From Candidatus Aldehydirespirator sp. (GTDB taxonomy: Bacteria > Actinomycetota > Acidimicrobiia > Acidimicrobiales > Aldehydirespiratoraceae), in contig OZ242020.1 in NCBI GenBank assembly GCA_965204875.1, positions 2,027,729 to 2,091,728 of the forward strand: a stretch of 64,000 bases of DNA, in the 5' to 3' direction. Position numbers and translations under genes: made by a program. Below, piece after piece: positions 55,519 to 64,000 of the stretch (positions within the stretch are counted from its first letter, which is position 1; every line of letters begins with the position of its first letter). Under the pieces are notes generated by a model, which saw nothing but the letters and a program-made list of their open reading frames with translations, was not told the origin of the DNA and did not search any database.

Positions 55519-56700
55519 ATGGATCCCAAGTACCTCGAAGTTCCGGCCTACCAAGGCGCGTTGAGCCGCCGGACGCCACCGCAACCGCGCCTAGGCGCCA
55601 AGGCTGTGGCCGTGGCTCTGGCGCTGATCGTGGCGATGTTGGCCGCAGCCTGCAGCGGAGACTCCTCCGGCGGCGACAGCAGCGGCGTCTCCTCGGAGGG
55701 AAGCGGTGACCCTGCATCCGGTGACAGCGACGGCGACGATCCGGCCGGCTCCACGGTCAAGCTGTTGACGCACGACTCCTTCGCGCTCTCGCCTGAGACG
55801 CTCGCAGCGTTCACGGACTCGACGGGCATCGCCGTGGAACAGCTGGCCTCCGGCGACGCGGGCGCCCTGGTGAGCCAGGCCTGCATCACCGCCGGCGCGC
55901 CGCTGGGTGACGTGCTGTTCGGCATCGACAACACCTTCCTGCAGCGGGGGCTCGACTGCGGCATCTTCGAGCCCCACGAGTCGCCGGCGCTGCCCGGCGT
56001 GCCCGGCAGCTTCAAGCTGGACGCGCGGCATCGTGTCACGCCCGTCGACTTCGGAGACGTGTGCCTCAACTACTGGGTCGATTCCTTCGATGGGTCGCCG
56101 CCCCCTCCAGAGTCCCTCGACGACCTGATCGATCCGGCCTACGAGGGGATGCTCGTGGTGCAGAGCCCCGAGACGTCGTCGCCCGGACTGGCCTTCCTGC
56201 TGGCCACGATCGCCCGTTACGGCGACGGCTGGGAGGACTACTGGGCCGCGTTGCGCGACAACGGCGTGTCCGTAACCGCCGGGTGGGAGGACGCCTACTA
56301 CGGCGAGTTCGTCGCAGGCGGCGGCGACCGCCCGATCGTGGTGTCGTACGCCTCGAGCCCGCCCGCCGAGGTGATCTACGCCGATCCGCCGGTGGACGAG
56401 CCCCCTACCGGCGTCGTCACTGCGAGCTGCTACCGCCAGATCGAGTTCGCAGGCGTTCTCGCCGGCGCGGAGAACCCCCGCGGCGCGCGGGCGCTGATCG
56501 ATTTCATGCTCACGCCGGCATTCCAGCAGGACGTGCCGCTCAACATGTTCGTGTTCCCCGTCCTCGAGTCGGCGGCCCTGCCCGAGGTCTTCGCCGAGCA
56601 CGCCGAGATCGCCGAGGATCCGTTCATGCTCGATCCCGCCGAGGTCGAGGCCCAGCGCGACGCCTGGACCGACCGCTGGGTGCAGATCGTCCTTCGTTGA
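55519..56700 (+). CDS. thiB: thiamine ABC transporter substrate-binding lipoprotein
   Basis: 393 aa from the ATG at 55519. The ORF-track start (55471) lies inside the riboswitch. Lipobox MLAAAC. Function assigned from the riboswitch context. Confidence 0.7.
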   Translation: MDPKYLEVPAYQGALSRRTPPQPRLGAKAVAVALALIVAMLAAACSGDSSGGDSSGVSSEGSGDPASGDSDGDDPAGSTVKLLTHDSFALSPETLAAFTDSTGIAVEQLASGDAGALVSQACITAGAPLGDVLFGIDNTFLQRGLDCGIFEPHESPALPGVPGSFKLDARHRVTPVDFGDVCLNYWVDSFDGSPPPPESLDDLIDPAYEGMLVVQSPETSSPGLAFLLATIARYGDGWEDYWAALRDNGVSVTAGWEDAYYGEFVAGGGDRPIVVSYASSPPAEVIYADPPVDEPPTGVVTASCYRQIEFAGVLAGAENPRGARALIDFMLTPAFQQDVPLNMFVFPVLESAALPEVFAEHAEIAEDPFMLDPAEVEAQRDAWTDRWVQIVLR

Positions 56701-58400
56701 CGTCGTTGACATCGCCAGCAGGCCCGCCGGCCTCGCCGGCAGCCGCCGGCGCCAGGGCTGCGGGCCGGCTCGCCGGAGTGCTGGGTGCATGGATCCCCGC
56801 GCTGGCGGCGGGCGGGTTCATGGCGCTGTTCTTCATCTGGCCCATCGCCGGGGTTCTCTGGCGCGGTCTCGGCGGCGAGAGCTTGGGCGGCCTGCTGCGC
56901 GAGGTGTTCGGCTCTGCGTCGCAGCGGTCTGTGCTGTGGTTCACCCTCTGGCAGGCGGCCGCGTCCACGTTGCTCACCGTGGCCGCGGCGCTTCCCGCGG
57001 CCGGGGCGGTGGCCCGCCTGCGGTTCCGTGGTCAGCGGCTGGTGCGGGCACTGGCGACCGTGCCGTTCGTGCTGCCGACCGTGGTGGTCGCCGCCGCCTT
57101 CGAGGGACTTTTCGACCGGTTCGGACTCGCCGGTGGCGGCGCGCTGAGCCTGCGGCACACGGTCTGGGCGATCCTGCTGGCCCACGTCTTCTTCAACTAC
57201 GCGGTCGTGTTGCGCACCGTCGGCGCCCACTGGGCCGCCCTCGACGCCCGGGTGGAGGATCAGGCTCGGGTGCTCGGGGCGTCGCGCTCGCAGGTGTTCC
57301 GCGGGATCGTGCTGCCGCGCCTGGCGCCTTCGGTGGCAGCCGCCTCGTCCATCGTCTTCCTCTTCTCGTTCACCTCCTTCGGTGTGGTGCTGATACTGGG
57401 CGGCCCAGCACGGGCCACCATCGAGACCGAGATCTATCGCTACGCCGTCGTGCGCCTCGATCTTGCCACCGCCGCGGCGCTGGCGGTTGTGCAGCTGGCG
57501 GCGGTGATAGCGCTGGTCGCCGTGTCCAACACACTCGAGCGCCGCCGCGCCGGCGTCGAGGCCGCATACTCGCCCGCCGCCGCGCCACGGCATCGCGGCC
57601 CCGGCCTGATCGCCAACCTCGCCGCCATGGCGCTGGTGCTGGGCCTGCCCGTCGCCGTGCTTGTGGAGCGGTCGCTGGCCGCGGGCGGTGGCGGCTACAC
57701 GCTGCGCAACTATCAGGCCCTGGCCGAGCGCGTCAACCTGCTGCCCGACACGGCGCTGGCGGCGCTGCGCAACTCGCTGATGTTCGCGACCCCGGCGGCG
57801 CTGCTGGCACTGCTCGTGGGAGGCGCGGCGACGCTGGTGGTGATGCGCCCAGGCCGGCAGGGGGGCGGTCAGCGGATCGGGCAAGCCTTCGACATCGGGC
57901 TGACCCTGCCGCTGGGCACCTCGGCGGTCACCATCGGGCTCGGGTTCCTGCTGGTGCTGGACCGGCCGCCCCTCGACATCCGCACCTCGGTCGTCGTGGT
58001 GCCCATCGCCCATGCGGTGGTGGGCATCCCCTTCGTCGTGCGTACGCTCGTGCCGATATTGCGCACCATCAACCCCAGGGTGAGGGAGGCCGCGTCGGTG
58101 CTGGGTGCGGCGCCGCGCCGGGTGCGCCGCGAGGTCGACCTAAGTGTGGCGTCGCGTGGCCTGGCGGTGGGCGCCGGGTTCGCCTTCGCGGTGTCGCTGG
58201 GCGAGTTCGGGGCCACGTCGTTCGTTCCTCGCCGCCCCGAGACGCTCACCGCGCCGCTGGCGGTGTTCCGGCTCCTGGGCACGCCGGGTCAGGTCCTGAG
58301 AGGTCAGGCCATGGCTCTGGCGGTGGCGCTCATGGCGCTCACAGCTGTGGCAGTCTTCGTCATGGACCTGTGGGGCGACGCTCGCCGGGGAGGCATCTAG
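56697..58400 (+). CDS. thiP: thiamine ABC transporter permease (double 6-TM permease)
   Basis: About 567 aa from the TTG at 56697, which overlaps the thiB stop. Two permease halves are present. The upstream part of the track ORF overlaps thiB out of frame and was trimmed. Confidence 0.7.
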   Translation: MTSLTSPAGPPASPAAAGARAAGRLAGVLGAWIPALAAGGFMALFFIWPIAGVLWRGLGGESLGGLLREVFGSASQRSVLWFTLWQAAASTLLTVAAALPAAGAVARLRFRGQRLVRALATVPFVLPTVVVAAAFEGLFDRFGLAGGGALSLRHTVWAILLAHVFFNYAVVLRTVGAHWAALDARVEDQARVLGASRSQVFRGIVLPRLAPSVAAASSIVFLFSFTSFGVVLILGGPARATIETEIYRYAVVRLDLATAAALAVVQLAAVIALVAVSNTLERRRAGVEAAYSPAAAPRHRGPGLIANLAAMALVLGLPVAVLVERSLAAGGGGYTLRNYQALAERVNLLPDTALAALRNSLMFATPAALLALLVGGAATLVVMRPGRQGGGQRIGQAFDIGLTLPLGTSAVTIGLGFLLVLDRPPLDIRTSVVVVPIAHAVVGIPFVVRTLVPILRTINPRVREAASVLGAAPRRVRREVDLSVASRGLAVGAGFAFAVSLGEFGATSFVPRRPETLTAPLAVFRLLGTPGQVLRGQAMALAVALMALTAVAVFVMDLWGDARRGGI

Positions 58401-58409
58401 ATCGATGCT

Positions 58410-58575
58410 CTGGCAGGCGCGACGGTGTTATTGGGTCATGCGCTTGCTGCGGCGCTGGTGTACTGGGGCGATGCGCTGGCTGCGGCGATGGTGTTCTAGG
58501 GTCATGCGCTTGCAGGCGCGACGGTGTACTGGGTCGATGCGTGCGCTGGTGCGCTGGTGTTCTTGGGGTGCGATG
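58410..58575. repeat. 33-bp tandem repeat, 4 exact-length units plus a degenerate fifth, between the permease and ATPase genes
   Basis: Units are 58410-58442, 58443-58475, 58476-58508 and 58509-58541. Example unit: ctggcaggcgcgacggtgttattgggtcatgcg. Confidence 0.85.
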
Positions 58576-58592
58576 GCGGTGCGGGGCGTGCC

Positions 58593-59654
58593 GTGTTGAG
58601 CGTTGTCGGCGCCTCGGTGAGCTTCGGGCGACTGCGGGCCCTTGACGGGATCGATCTGCAGGTTGCGACCGGCGAGGTGGTCGCCATCCTCGGCCCGAGC
58701 GGTTGCGGCAAGAGCACCCTGCTGCGCGCTGTTGCGGGCCTGCAGTCCCTGGAGGCGGGCGAGGTGCGCTGGGATGGCGAGGACCTGTCGGAAGTGCCGG
58801 TGCATCGCCGGGATTTCGGGCTGATGTTCCAGGAGCACGCCCTGTTCAGCCACCGCGACGTGGCCGCCAACGTCTCCTTCGGGCTGCGGATGCAGAAGCT
58901 GCCCGCCCCGCAGCGTCACGCCCGGGTGCGCGAGGTGCTCAACCTCGTCGGACTCGCGGGCTTCGGGGACAGGCAGATCGCCACGCTCTCCGGCGGGGAG
59001 GCGCAGCGGGTGGCGCTGGCCCGCTCGCTGGCGCCCGAGCCGCGGCTGCTCATGCTCGACGAGCCGCTCGGATCGCTGGACCGCCCCCGCCGCGACGAGC
59101 TGACCGAGGAGCTGCGCACCCTGCTGCGCAAGGTCGGCGTCACGGTGTTGCATGTGACCCACGACCACGACGAGGCGTTCGCGGTCGCTGACCGTGTGGC
59201 CGTGATGCAGTCGGGCCGCATCGCCCGCATCGGCACTCCCGCGGAGATCTGGCACGACCCGCGGCACTCCGACGTGGCCCGGTTCCTGGGACACAGCAAC
59301 GTGGTGACGGTGGGGAGCGGCGGCGCCGTGGCCTGGGGGCGGATCGGTGCTCCGGCGGGCCGGGTCGTGGTCCGCTGTGACGCGTTCCGCCGCATCGAGC
59401 CCGGACCGCCGGTTGCGGCAGACCCCGGCGATGTCGCTGATGCCGGGATCGCGAACTCCGGCGATGTCGCTGTTGCCGGGGCGGTCGCGGGCACTGTCGT
59501 GGACGTGCGTTTCCGGGGCGACCGCTTCGAGCTGTCCCTGCGAACCGATCCGGGTGAACTGCGGCTGCTGGTGCGAGACCCCCGGCCAGCCTCGGTGGGC
59601 GAGCGGCTCCGCTACGCCATCGACCCTTCTGGGGTGCTGCCCTTACACGATTGA
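58593..59654 (+). CDS. thiQ: ABC transporter ATP-binding protein (thiamine importer ATPase)
   Basis: Walker A GPSGCGKST, signature LSGGEAQRV and Walker B LLMLDEP. Start is GTG 58593 or TTG 58596. Confidence 0.75.
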   Translation: MLSVVGASVSFGRLRALDGIDLQVATGEVVAILGPSGCGKSTLLRAVAGLQSLEAGEVRWDGEDLSEVPVHRRDFGLMFQEHALFSHRDVAANVSFGLRMQKLPAPQRHARVREVLNLVGLAGFGDRQIATLSGGEAQRVALARSLAPEPRLLMLDEPLGSLDRPRRDELTEELRTLLRKVGVTVLHVTHDHDEAFAVADRVAVMQSGRIARIGTPAEIWHDPRHSDVARFLGHSNVVTVGSGGAVAWGRIGAPAGRVVVRCDAFRRIEPGPPVAADPGDVADAGIANSGDVAVAGAVAGTVVDVRFRGDRFELSLRTDPGELRLLVRDPRPASVGERLRYAIDPSGVLPLHD

Positions 59655-59798
59655 CCGTCGCGACAAACCCCAAACCTGCTTAGCGAACCTGATCGGGTGC
59701 TGCCCTCACACGATTGACGGTCGCCCATCCGCCCGGCCTGGCCGGCATATGAACCCTGGTGTTGCGATGACGTGACTAACGGGCACATCCAGGCAGGA

Positions 59799-59904
59799 CT
59801 AGCCGGGTTGTCACCTGTCGGAGCAGACCGGGAACACCCAAGTACGCCTCCGTCTTGCCGCCGCCAGTCGGCTAGCCGGGTTGTCACCTGTCGGAGCAGA
59901 CCGG
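59799..59904. repeat. two perfect 33-bp direct repeats, 73 bp apart
   Basis: ctagccgggttgtcacctgtcggagcagaccgg occurs at 59799-59831 and 59872-59904. Confidence 0.9.
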
Positions 59905-59986
59905 TAACCCTGTTGCGAGTCCGCTGTCGAACCGCCGGTCGGACCCAGGGCGGGCCGCCGACGCCACCGTGTAGTGAGCGGCGCTG

Positions 59987-61252
59987 TCAGCCTGCGGGCC
60001 GGACGCGGGCCAGCCGGGCCGTCACCCAGGTGCCTGCCGCGGCGGCGAGCAGCAGCAGCGCCGCGAGGCCGGCGTAGTGGCTGAACGACTGGAAGCCGAG
60101 GGCCTCCACCACGGCCCCCGAGAGCAGCCCCGCCACGGCGCCGCCGGTGGTCATCATGAAGTCGGCGCCGCCCTGCACCTCGACCCGCTCCGACACGGGG
60201 AACGAGCCCGTCAGCAGGGCGCTGCCCGAGATGAGCCCGAAGCTCCAGCCGAGGCCGATCAGCAGCAGCCCCGCGAACATGCCGGTGCTGTGCTCGGCCT
60301 GGGTGTGGGCCGCAAGCTCCGCGCCGACGAACAGGACGACCCCGCCCAGCCCGATCATCGGGTGCGGCCCCAGCTTGTCGACGAGCCAGCCCACGACCGG
60401 CGAGAAGGCGTACATCCCGACGATGTGCAGCGAGATGACCCAGCCGATCACCCGGAACTCCTGGCCGCCGCCCTCCATGTGCAGCGGGGCCAGGGTCATC
60501 ACGCCGACCATCACCGCCTGGCCCATGAGCATCCCCACGACCGCGAGCCGCGCCGCGGGCACGCCGGCGATGCGGCGGAGCACCGTGAGCGGCGACGCCG
60601 GCCGGGGCGCCTCGGACCCGATCGTTCCGAGCACCTCGAGCGGGTCGGGGCGCAGCAGCGCGTGGGTGACCGCGATGGCGATCCCGAACATGACGGCGCT
60701 CAGCATGAACGGTCCGGCCAGCTCGGGCAGGCCGACGGCCTCGGCGGCCGCCGCTGCCGGCCCGAGGGCGATGGTGGGGCCGGCCACGGCACCGAAAGTG
60801 GAGGCCCAGACCAGCATGCCGATGGCCCGGGCGCGCCGCTCGTCCGTCGCCAGGTCGGCGGCGGCGAAGCGGGCGGCCAGGTTGGCGGCGTTGCCGGCGC
60901 CGACGCCCATGATCCCCACCACCACCAGCGGGTACAGGCTCGTCGCTGCGGCCAGCACCGCGGCGAGCGCGCCGGCCGCGCCCACGCCCCAGGCCGCGAT
61001 CAGGCCCCGGCGGCGACCCAGGCGGGCCATCCGGCGGGCCAGGGGGACTGCGGTGGCGACGCTGCCGACCGACAGTGACCCGGCGGCCAGCGTGGCCAGT
61101 GTCTCGCTGCCCGTGATCTCCTTGGCGAGCAGGGCGGTCGCTGCGAACGCCGAGGCCATCGCCGAGGTCGAGGCGATCACCGAGCCCATGAGCGTCCAGG
61201 CCGCCCGCCGCTGCGCGGCGACCCGGTCGAAGGCCGTCCTGGCTGCGGTCAC
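59987..61252 (-). CDS. MFS transporter
   Basis: 421 aa with about 12 hydrophobic segments. Loop motif ARRMARLGRRRG. Confidence 0.8.
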   Translation of the reverse strand: MTAARTAFDRVAAQRRAAWTLMGSVIASTSAMASAFAATALLAKEITGSETLATLAAGSLSVGSVATAVPLARRMARLGRRRGLIAAWGVGAAGALAAVLAAATSLYPLVVVGIMGVGAGNAANLAARFAAADLATDERRARAIGMLVWASTFGAVAGPTIALGPAAAAAEAVGLPELAGPFMLSAVMFGIAIAVTHALLRPDPLEVLGTIGSEAPRPASPLTVLRRIAGVPAARLAVVGMLMGQAVMVGVMTLAPLHMEGGGQEFRVIGWVISLHIVGMYAFSPVVGWLVDKLGPHPMIGLGGVVLFVGAELAAHTQAEHSTGMFAGLLLIGLGWSFGLISGSALLTGSFPVSERVEVQGGADFMMTTGGAVAGLLSGAVVEALGFQSFSHYAGLAALLLLAAAAGTWVTARLARVRPAG

Positions 61253-61725
61253 GGGACCGGCGCCGCCGCGCCGGTGCGGACATCGCGGCGCATGGGCACG
61301 TGGAGCATCCCCCAGTCCTCGAACGGCTCGCCCGCAGCCGTGAAACCGAAGCCCGCGTACCAGCCCTCGAGGCGTGCCTGCGCGTCGAGGCTCCAGGGAC
61401 CCGCGGTGCTGCGCACTAGGTGCTCGACGAGCAGGCCGCCCAGGCCGTTGCCGCGCGCTGACGGGTGGGTCACGATGCGCCCTATCCGGGTTCCTCCGTG
61501 CCGGTCGGCAAGGGCCCGTGCGTAGGCGGCCACCGGCAGTTCGGGCAGCCCAATGGCGTCGCCGGGCACCCAGCAGTGGCGCGTGGCCGGCTCGGCGTCG
61601 CGGCAGTCCAACTCGGGGTATGCGCAGTCCTGCTCGACGACGAAGGTGTCAACGCGCAGTCTGGCGATGTCGTGCCACTGGCGTGCCGTGAGCTGCGTGA
61701 GGGCCCGGTCCTCGATGCGTGCCAC
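61249..61725 (-). CDS. GNAT family N-acetyltransferase (ElaA-like)
   Basis: 158 aa. Has RLRVDTFVVEQDCAYPELD and RGNGLGGLL. Confidence 0.7.
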   Translation of the reverse strand: MARIEDRALTQLTARQWHDIARLRVDTFVVEQDCAYPELDCRDAEPATRHCWVPGDAIGLPELPVAAYARALADRHGGTRIGRIVTHPSARGNGLGGLLVEHLVRSTAGPWSLDAQARLEGWYAGFGFTAAGEPFEDWGMLHVPMRRDVRTGAAAPVP

Positions 61726-61933
61726 CGGCCGACGCTACCGCGGCGCCACTCCACCCGACGGGCATGCCTCTTGGCCGTGAACACTCTCGCCGGCCACCTT
61801 CACCGAAGGTCCCGCCATTGAGCCTCACGCCTCGCAGGTCACCATCTGTGCCCACTGGCAGGCTCGGCAGCGACGCACTCGCCCCGCACGGCACGGGCCG
61901 GAACCGGCAACCGGCGATTGCGCCCAACGCTGC

Positions 61934-62785
61934 GTGCCTTCGGCTAGACATCATCGCATGGCAACGGCTCGCAACGGCGGGGTCGAGATCGTCTACGAGA
62001 CGCTGGGAGATGCCGTCGGCCCGGCGCTGATGCTGCTGCACGGGCTGGGCTCGAGCCTGCTCGTGTGGCATGAGGAGCTGTGCTCGAGCTTCGCCGACCG
62101 CGGCTTCCTCGTGCTGCGCATGGACCTCCGGGACTCGGGTCTGTCCACGGTGCTGCCCGAGGGCGCCCGCTACACGCTCGCCGACATGGCGGGCGACGTG
62201 GTCGCGGTGCTCGACGACGCCGGCCGCGACCGCGCCCTGGTGTGCGGCTACTCGCTGGGAGGCATGGTGGCCCAAGCGATGGCGGCGTCGCATCCCGAGC
62301 GGGTGGCTGCGCTGGTGTCGCTGTCGTCGAACACCGGCGACCCGGGCGTCGGCGACCCCACGGAGGAGGCCCGGGCCGCTCTGACGGCTCCCGCCGCGGC
62401 GACCATCGCTGCACAGATCGAGCAGGATCTCGATGGCTATCGCATCTGGTCCAACCCCGACTGGCGCGACGAGCAGGCCCAGCGCGCCTATCTCGAGCGC
62501 AGCTACGGACGGGCCTGGCGTCCGGGGGCGTCGCGCCGCCAGTTCGGTGCGGCGTCGCGTGGCGGCAGCCGGGCCGGGCAGCTTCGCAGGCTCGATGTGC
62601 CCTGCCTGGTGATTCACGGCAGCCTCGACCCCCTGATCGGCCCCGAAGCCGGACGACGCACCGCCGAGCTCGTGCCGGGGGCCGAGTACCTGGAGATCGA
62701 GGGGATGGGACACGAGCTTCCGCCCCAGGTGTGGGCTCCGATCATCAGCGCGATCACGGCACTGTCGTCCCGCATCGCTTGGTGA
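61934..62785 (+). CDS. alpha/beta hydrolase
   Basis: Has LLHGLGSS, the nucleophile elbow GYSLGG and C-terminal IEGMGHE. Confidence 0.8.
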   Translation: MPSARHHRMATARNGGVEIVYETLGDAVGPALMLLHGLGSSLLVWHEELCSSFADRGFLVLRMDLRDSGLSTVLPEGARYTLADMAGDVVAVLDDAGRDRALVCGYSLGGMVAQAMAASHPERVAALVSLSSNTGDPGVGDPTEEARAALTAPAAATIAAQIEQDLDGYRIWSNPDWRDEQAQRAYLERSYGRAWRPGASRRQFGAASRGGSRAGQLRRLDVPCLVIHGSLDPLIGPEAGRRTAELVPGAEYLEIEGMGHELPPQVWAPIISAITALSSRIAW

Positions 62786-62884
62786 CCCCGCACCCGACCC
62801 CGCCATGGAGCTTCCGAGCAACACCGCCGGCGCCCGGCCTTCAGCCCACGCGGCCCGCGCCCCCGCCCTCGATCCCCGATCGGA

Positions 62885-62957
62885 CTGCCAGCCCAGTGAC
62901 TGCCAGCCCAGTGTCTCAGGTCCCAGTCTCAGGTCCCAGTGTCTCAGGTCCCAGTGT
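62885..62957. repeat. 15-bp tandem repeat, about 5 copies
   Basis: ctgccagcccagtga, ctgccagcccagtgt, ctcaggtcccagt, ctcaggtcccagtgt, ctcaggtcccagtgt. Confidence 0.85.
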
Positions 62958-63015
62958 CTAAGGTTACATGAGCCTATATGAGGAAAACGCTTAGACACCC
63001 TTAGGATTCCTTGTC

Positions 63016-64000
63016 ATGGATGCCGTTCAGAACCCTTACGTGCCAGGAGCCGGCCTGTGGCCCCCGGAGTTGGCGGGCAGGGAGCGCGAGCGATCTCTGT
63101 TCGCAGCGTTGCTTGACCGCCTGGAGGCGGGTCGTGGCGAGCGAGGCATCGTCCTTACCGGCTATCGCGGGGTTGGCAAGACGGTTCTGTTGGAGGAGTT
63201 CCGCCTGATGGCAGGCCGGCGAGGCTGGGTCGTGGCCTTCATGGAGGCCGGGCCGAACGGGCCGTTTCGCCTTAGCGTGGCACGGGCCTTGACCGCCTCC
63301 TTGCGAGCCGTTTCTTTGCGGCAACGCGCGTCGGAGCGGCTCAGGCGAGCCCTGGGAGCGTTCAAGTCCTTCTCTTTGCAGGCCTCGCCCGACGGCTCCA
63401 TGGCCATCGGGATCGATGTCGATCCCGTCGCTGGGCGTGCCGACTCGGGCGATCTTGAGCTGGACCTGTCCGAGCTTCTGGTCGATCTCGGTGTGGCCGC
63501 GTCCGAGATGGACGCGGGTGTGCTGCTTCTGGTGGACGAGCTGCACGAGCTGCCGCTGCCCGACATCGCTGCGGTGGCCGGCGCTGCTCACCAGGCGAAC
63601 CGGCTGCAACTGCCGGTCGCTGTGAGCGGCGCGGGCTTGCCGAACCTCCCAGGGGTCTTGATCGAGGCCAAGTCCTACGCCGAGCGGCTCTTCGCCTACC
63701 ACTCGATCGGCGCCCTCAATGAGGCTGACGCCGCGGCTGCGCTCAGCAGGCCGGCTGAGGCCCTGGGGGTGACCTGGCAGCCTGACGCCCTCGCCCACGC
63801 GGTGGGTGCCTCCGGTGGCTACCCCTACTTCCTGCAGGCGTTCGGGAAGCAGGTCTGGGACTACGCGCCAGGTCCCGACAGCATCACAGCCGACGATGCG
63901 AGGGCTGGCGTCGAAGCGGCCCAGAGAGGGTTGGACGAGGGGTTCTACGGCTCGCGCTGGGCGCGGGCCACTCCGGCACAGCGTGCCTATCTTGCTGCGA
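63016..64000 (+). CDS. P-loop AAA/STAND-like ATPase, 5' part only; continues beyond the right edge
   Basis: Hand translation from the ATG at 63016 is open to the window end. Walker A GYRGVGKT, Walker B LLLVDELH, and GGYPYFLQAFG. SD agga lies 9 nt upstream. It is absent from the ORF track because no stop lies in the window. Confidence 0.6.
   Translation, partial: MDAVQNPYVPGAGLWPPELAGRERERSLFAALLDRLEAGRGERGIVLTGYRGVGKTVLLEEFRLMAGRRGWVVAFMEAGPNGPFRLSVARALTASLRAVSLRQRASERLRRALGAFKSFSLQASPDGSMAIGIDVDPVAGRADSGDLELDLSELLVDLGVAASEMDAGVLLLVDELHELPLPDIAAVAGAAHQANRLQLPVAVSGAGLPNLPGVLIEAKSYAERLFAYHSIGALNEADAAAALSRPAEALGVTWQPDALAHAVGASGGYPYFLQAFGKQVWDYAPGPDSITADDARAGVEAAQRGLDEGFYGSRWARATPAQRAYLAA

Noticed and set aside
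63001-63798. 265-aa minus-strand ORF
   Set aside because: The plus strand encodes a P-loop ATPase with Walker A/B motifs and an SD. The minus-strand product has no motifs.
1-64000. tRNA, rRNA, tmRNA, transposase, integrase or prophage structural genes
   Set aside because: Intergenic regions were scanned by eye and none showed cloverleaf-like or rRNA-like sequence. No ORF shows DDE, tyrosine-recombinase or serine-recombinase motifs. An absence judged by eye is not definitive.

Overview
High-G+C actinobacterial chromosome segment, judged from the mycothiol amidase Mca, NucS, a fused Kgd and F420/LLM-type oxidoreductases. Most genes are housekeeping: a type IIA topoisomerase A+B pair, Kgd, XthA, CysQ, a UvrD-like helicase, a TPP-riboswitch-controlled thiamine ABC importer, an MgtE-like/PhoU-TrkA pair and a CPA2 antiporter. 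Two low-G+C accessory islands interrupt them. Island 1 (about 1.0-8.4 kb) holds a Type ISP-like nuclease-helicase-methyltransferase gene split by a 19-G homopolymer, a hipBA pair and an AT-rich non-coding stretch. Island 2 (about 34.9-45.25 kb, between cysQ and kgd) holds vsr + a compact C5-methyltransferase + an HNH endonuclease, a fused MNT-HEPN protein and an orphan RHH protein. It also holds the best candidate for an undescribed system: a PglX/Eco57I-like N6-adenine methyltransferase (with an in-frame G10 tract) tightly linked to a PLD(HKD)-SNF2 helicase. This two-gene restriction-like module does not fit Types I-IV, BREX or DISARM. The window is also rich in intergenic repeats: ~72-bp arrays upstream of the parA-like and fic genes, a 33-bp array inside the thiamine operon, and short duplications that overlap stop codons. 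No rRNA, tRNA, CRISPR, transposase or integrase was recognised. Many long ORFs in the track are antisense shadow ORFs typical of high-G+C DNA and were discarded. All calls rest on motif reading by eye; no database search was possible.
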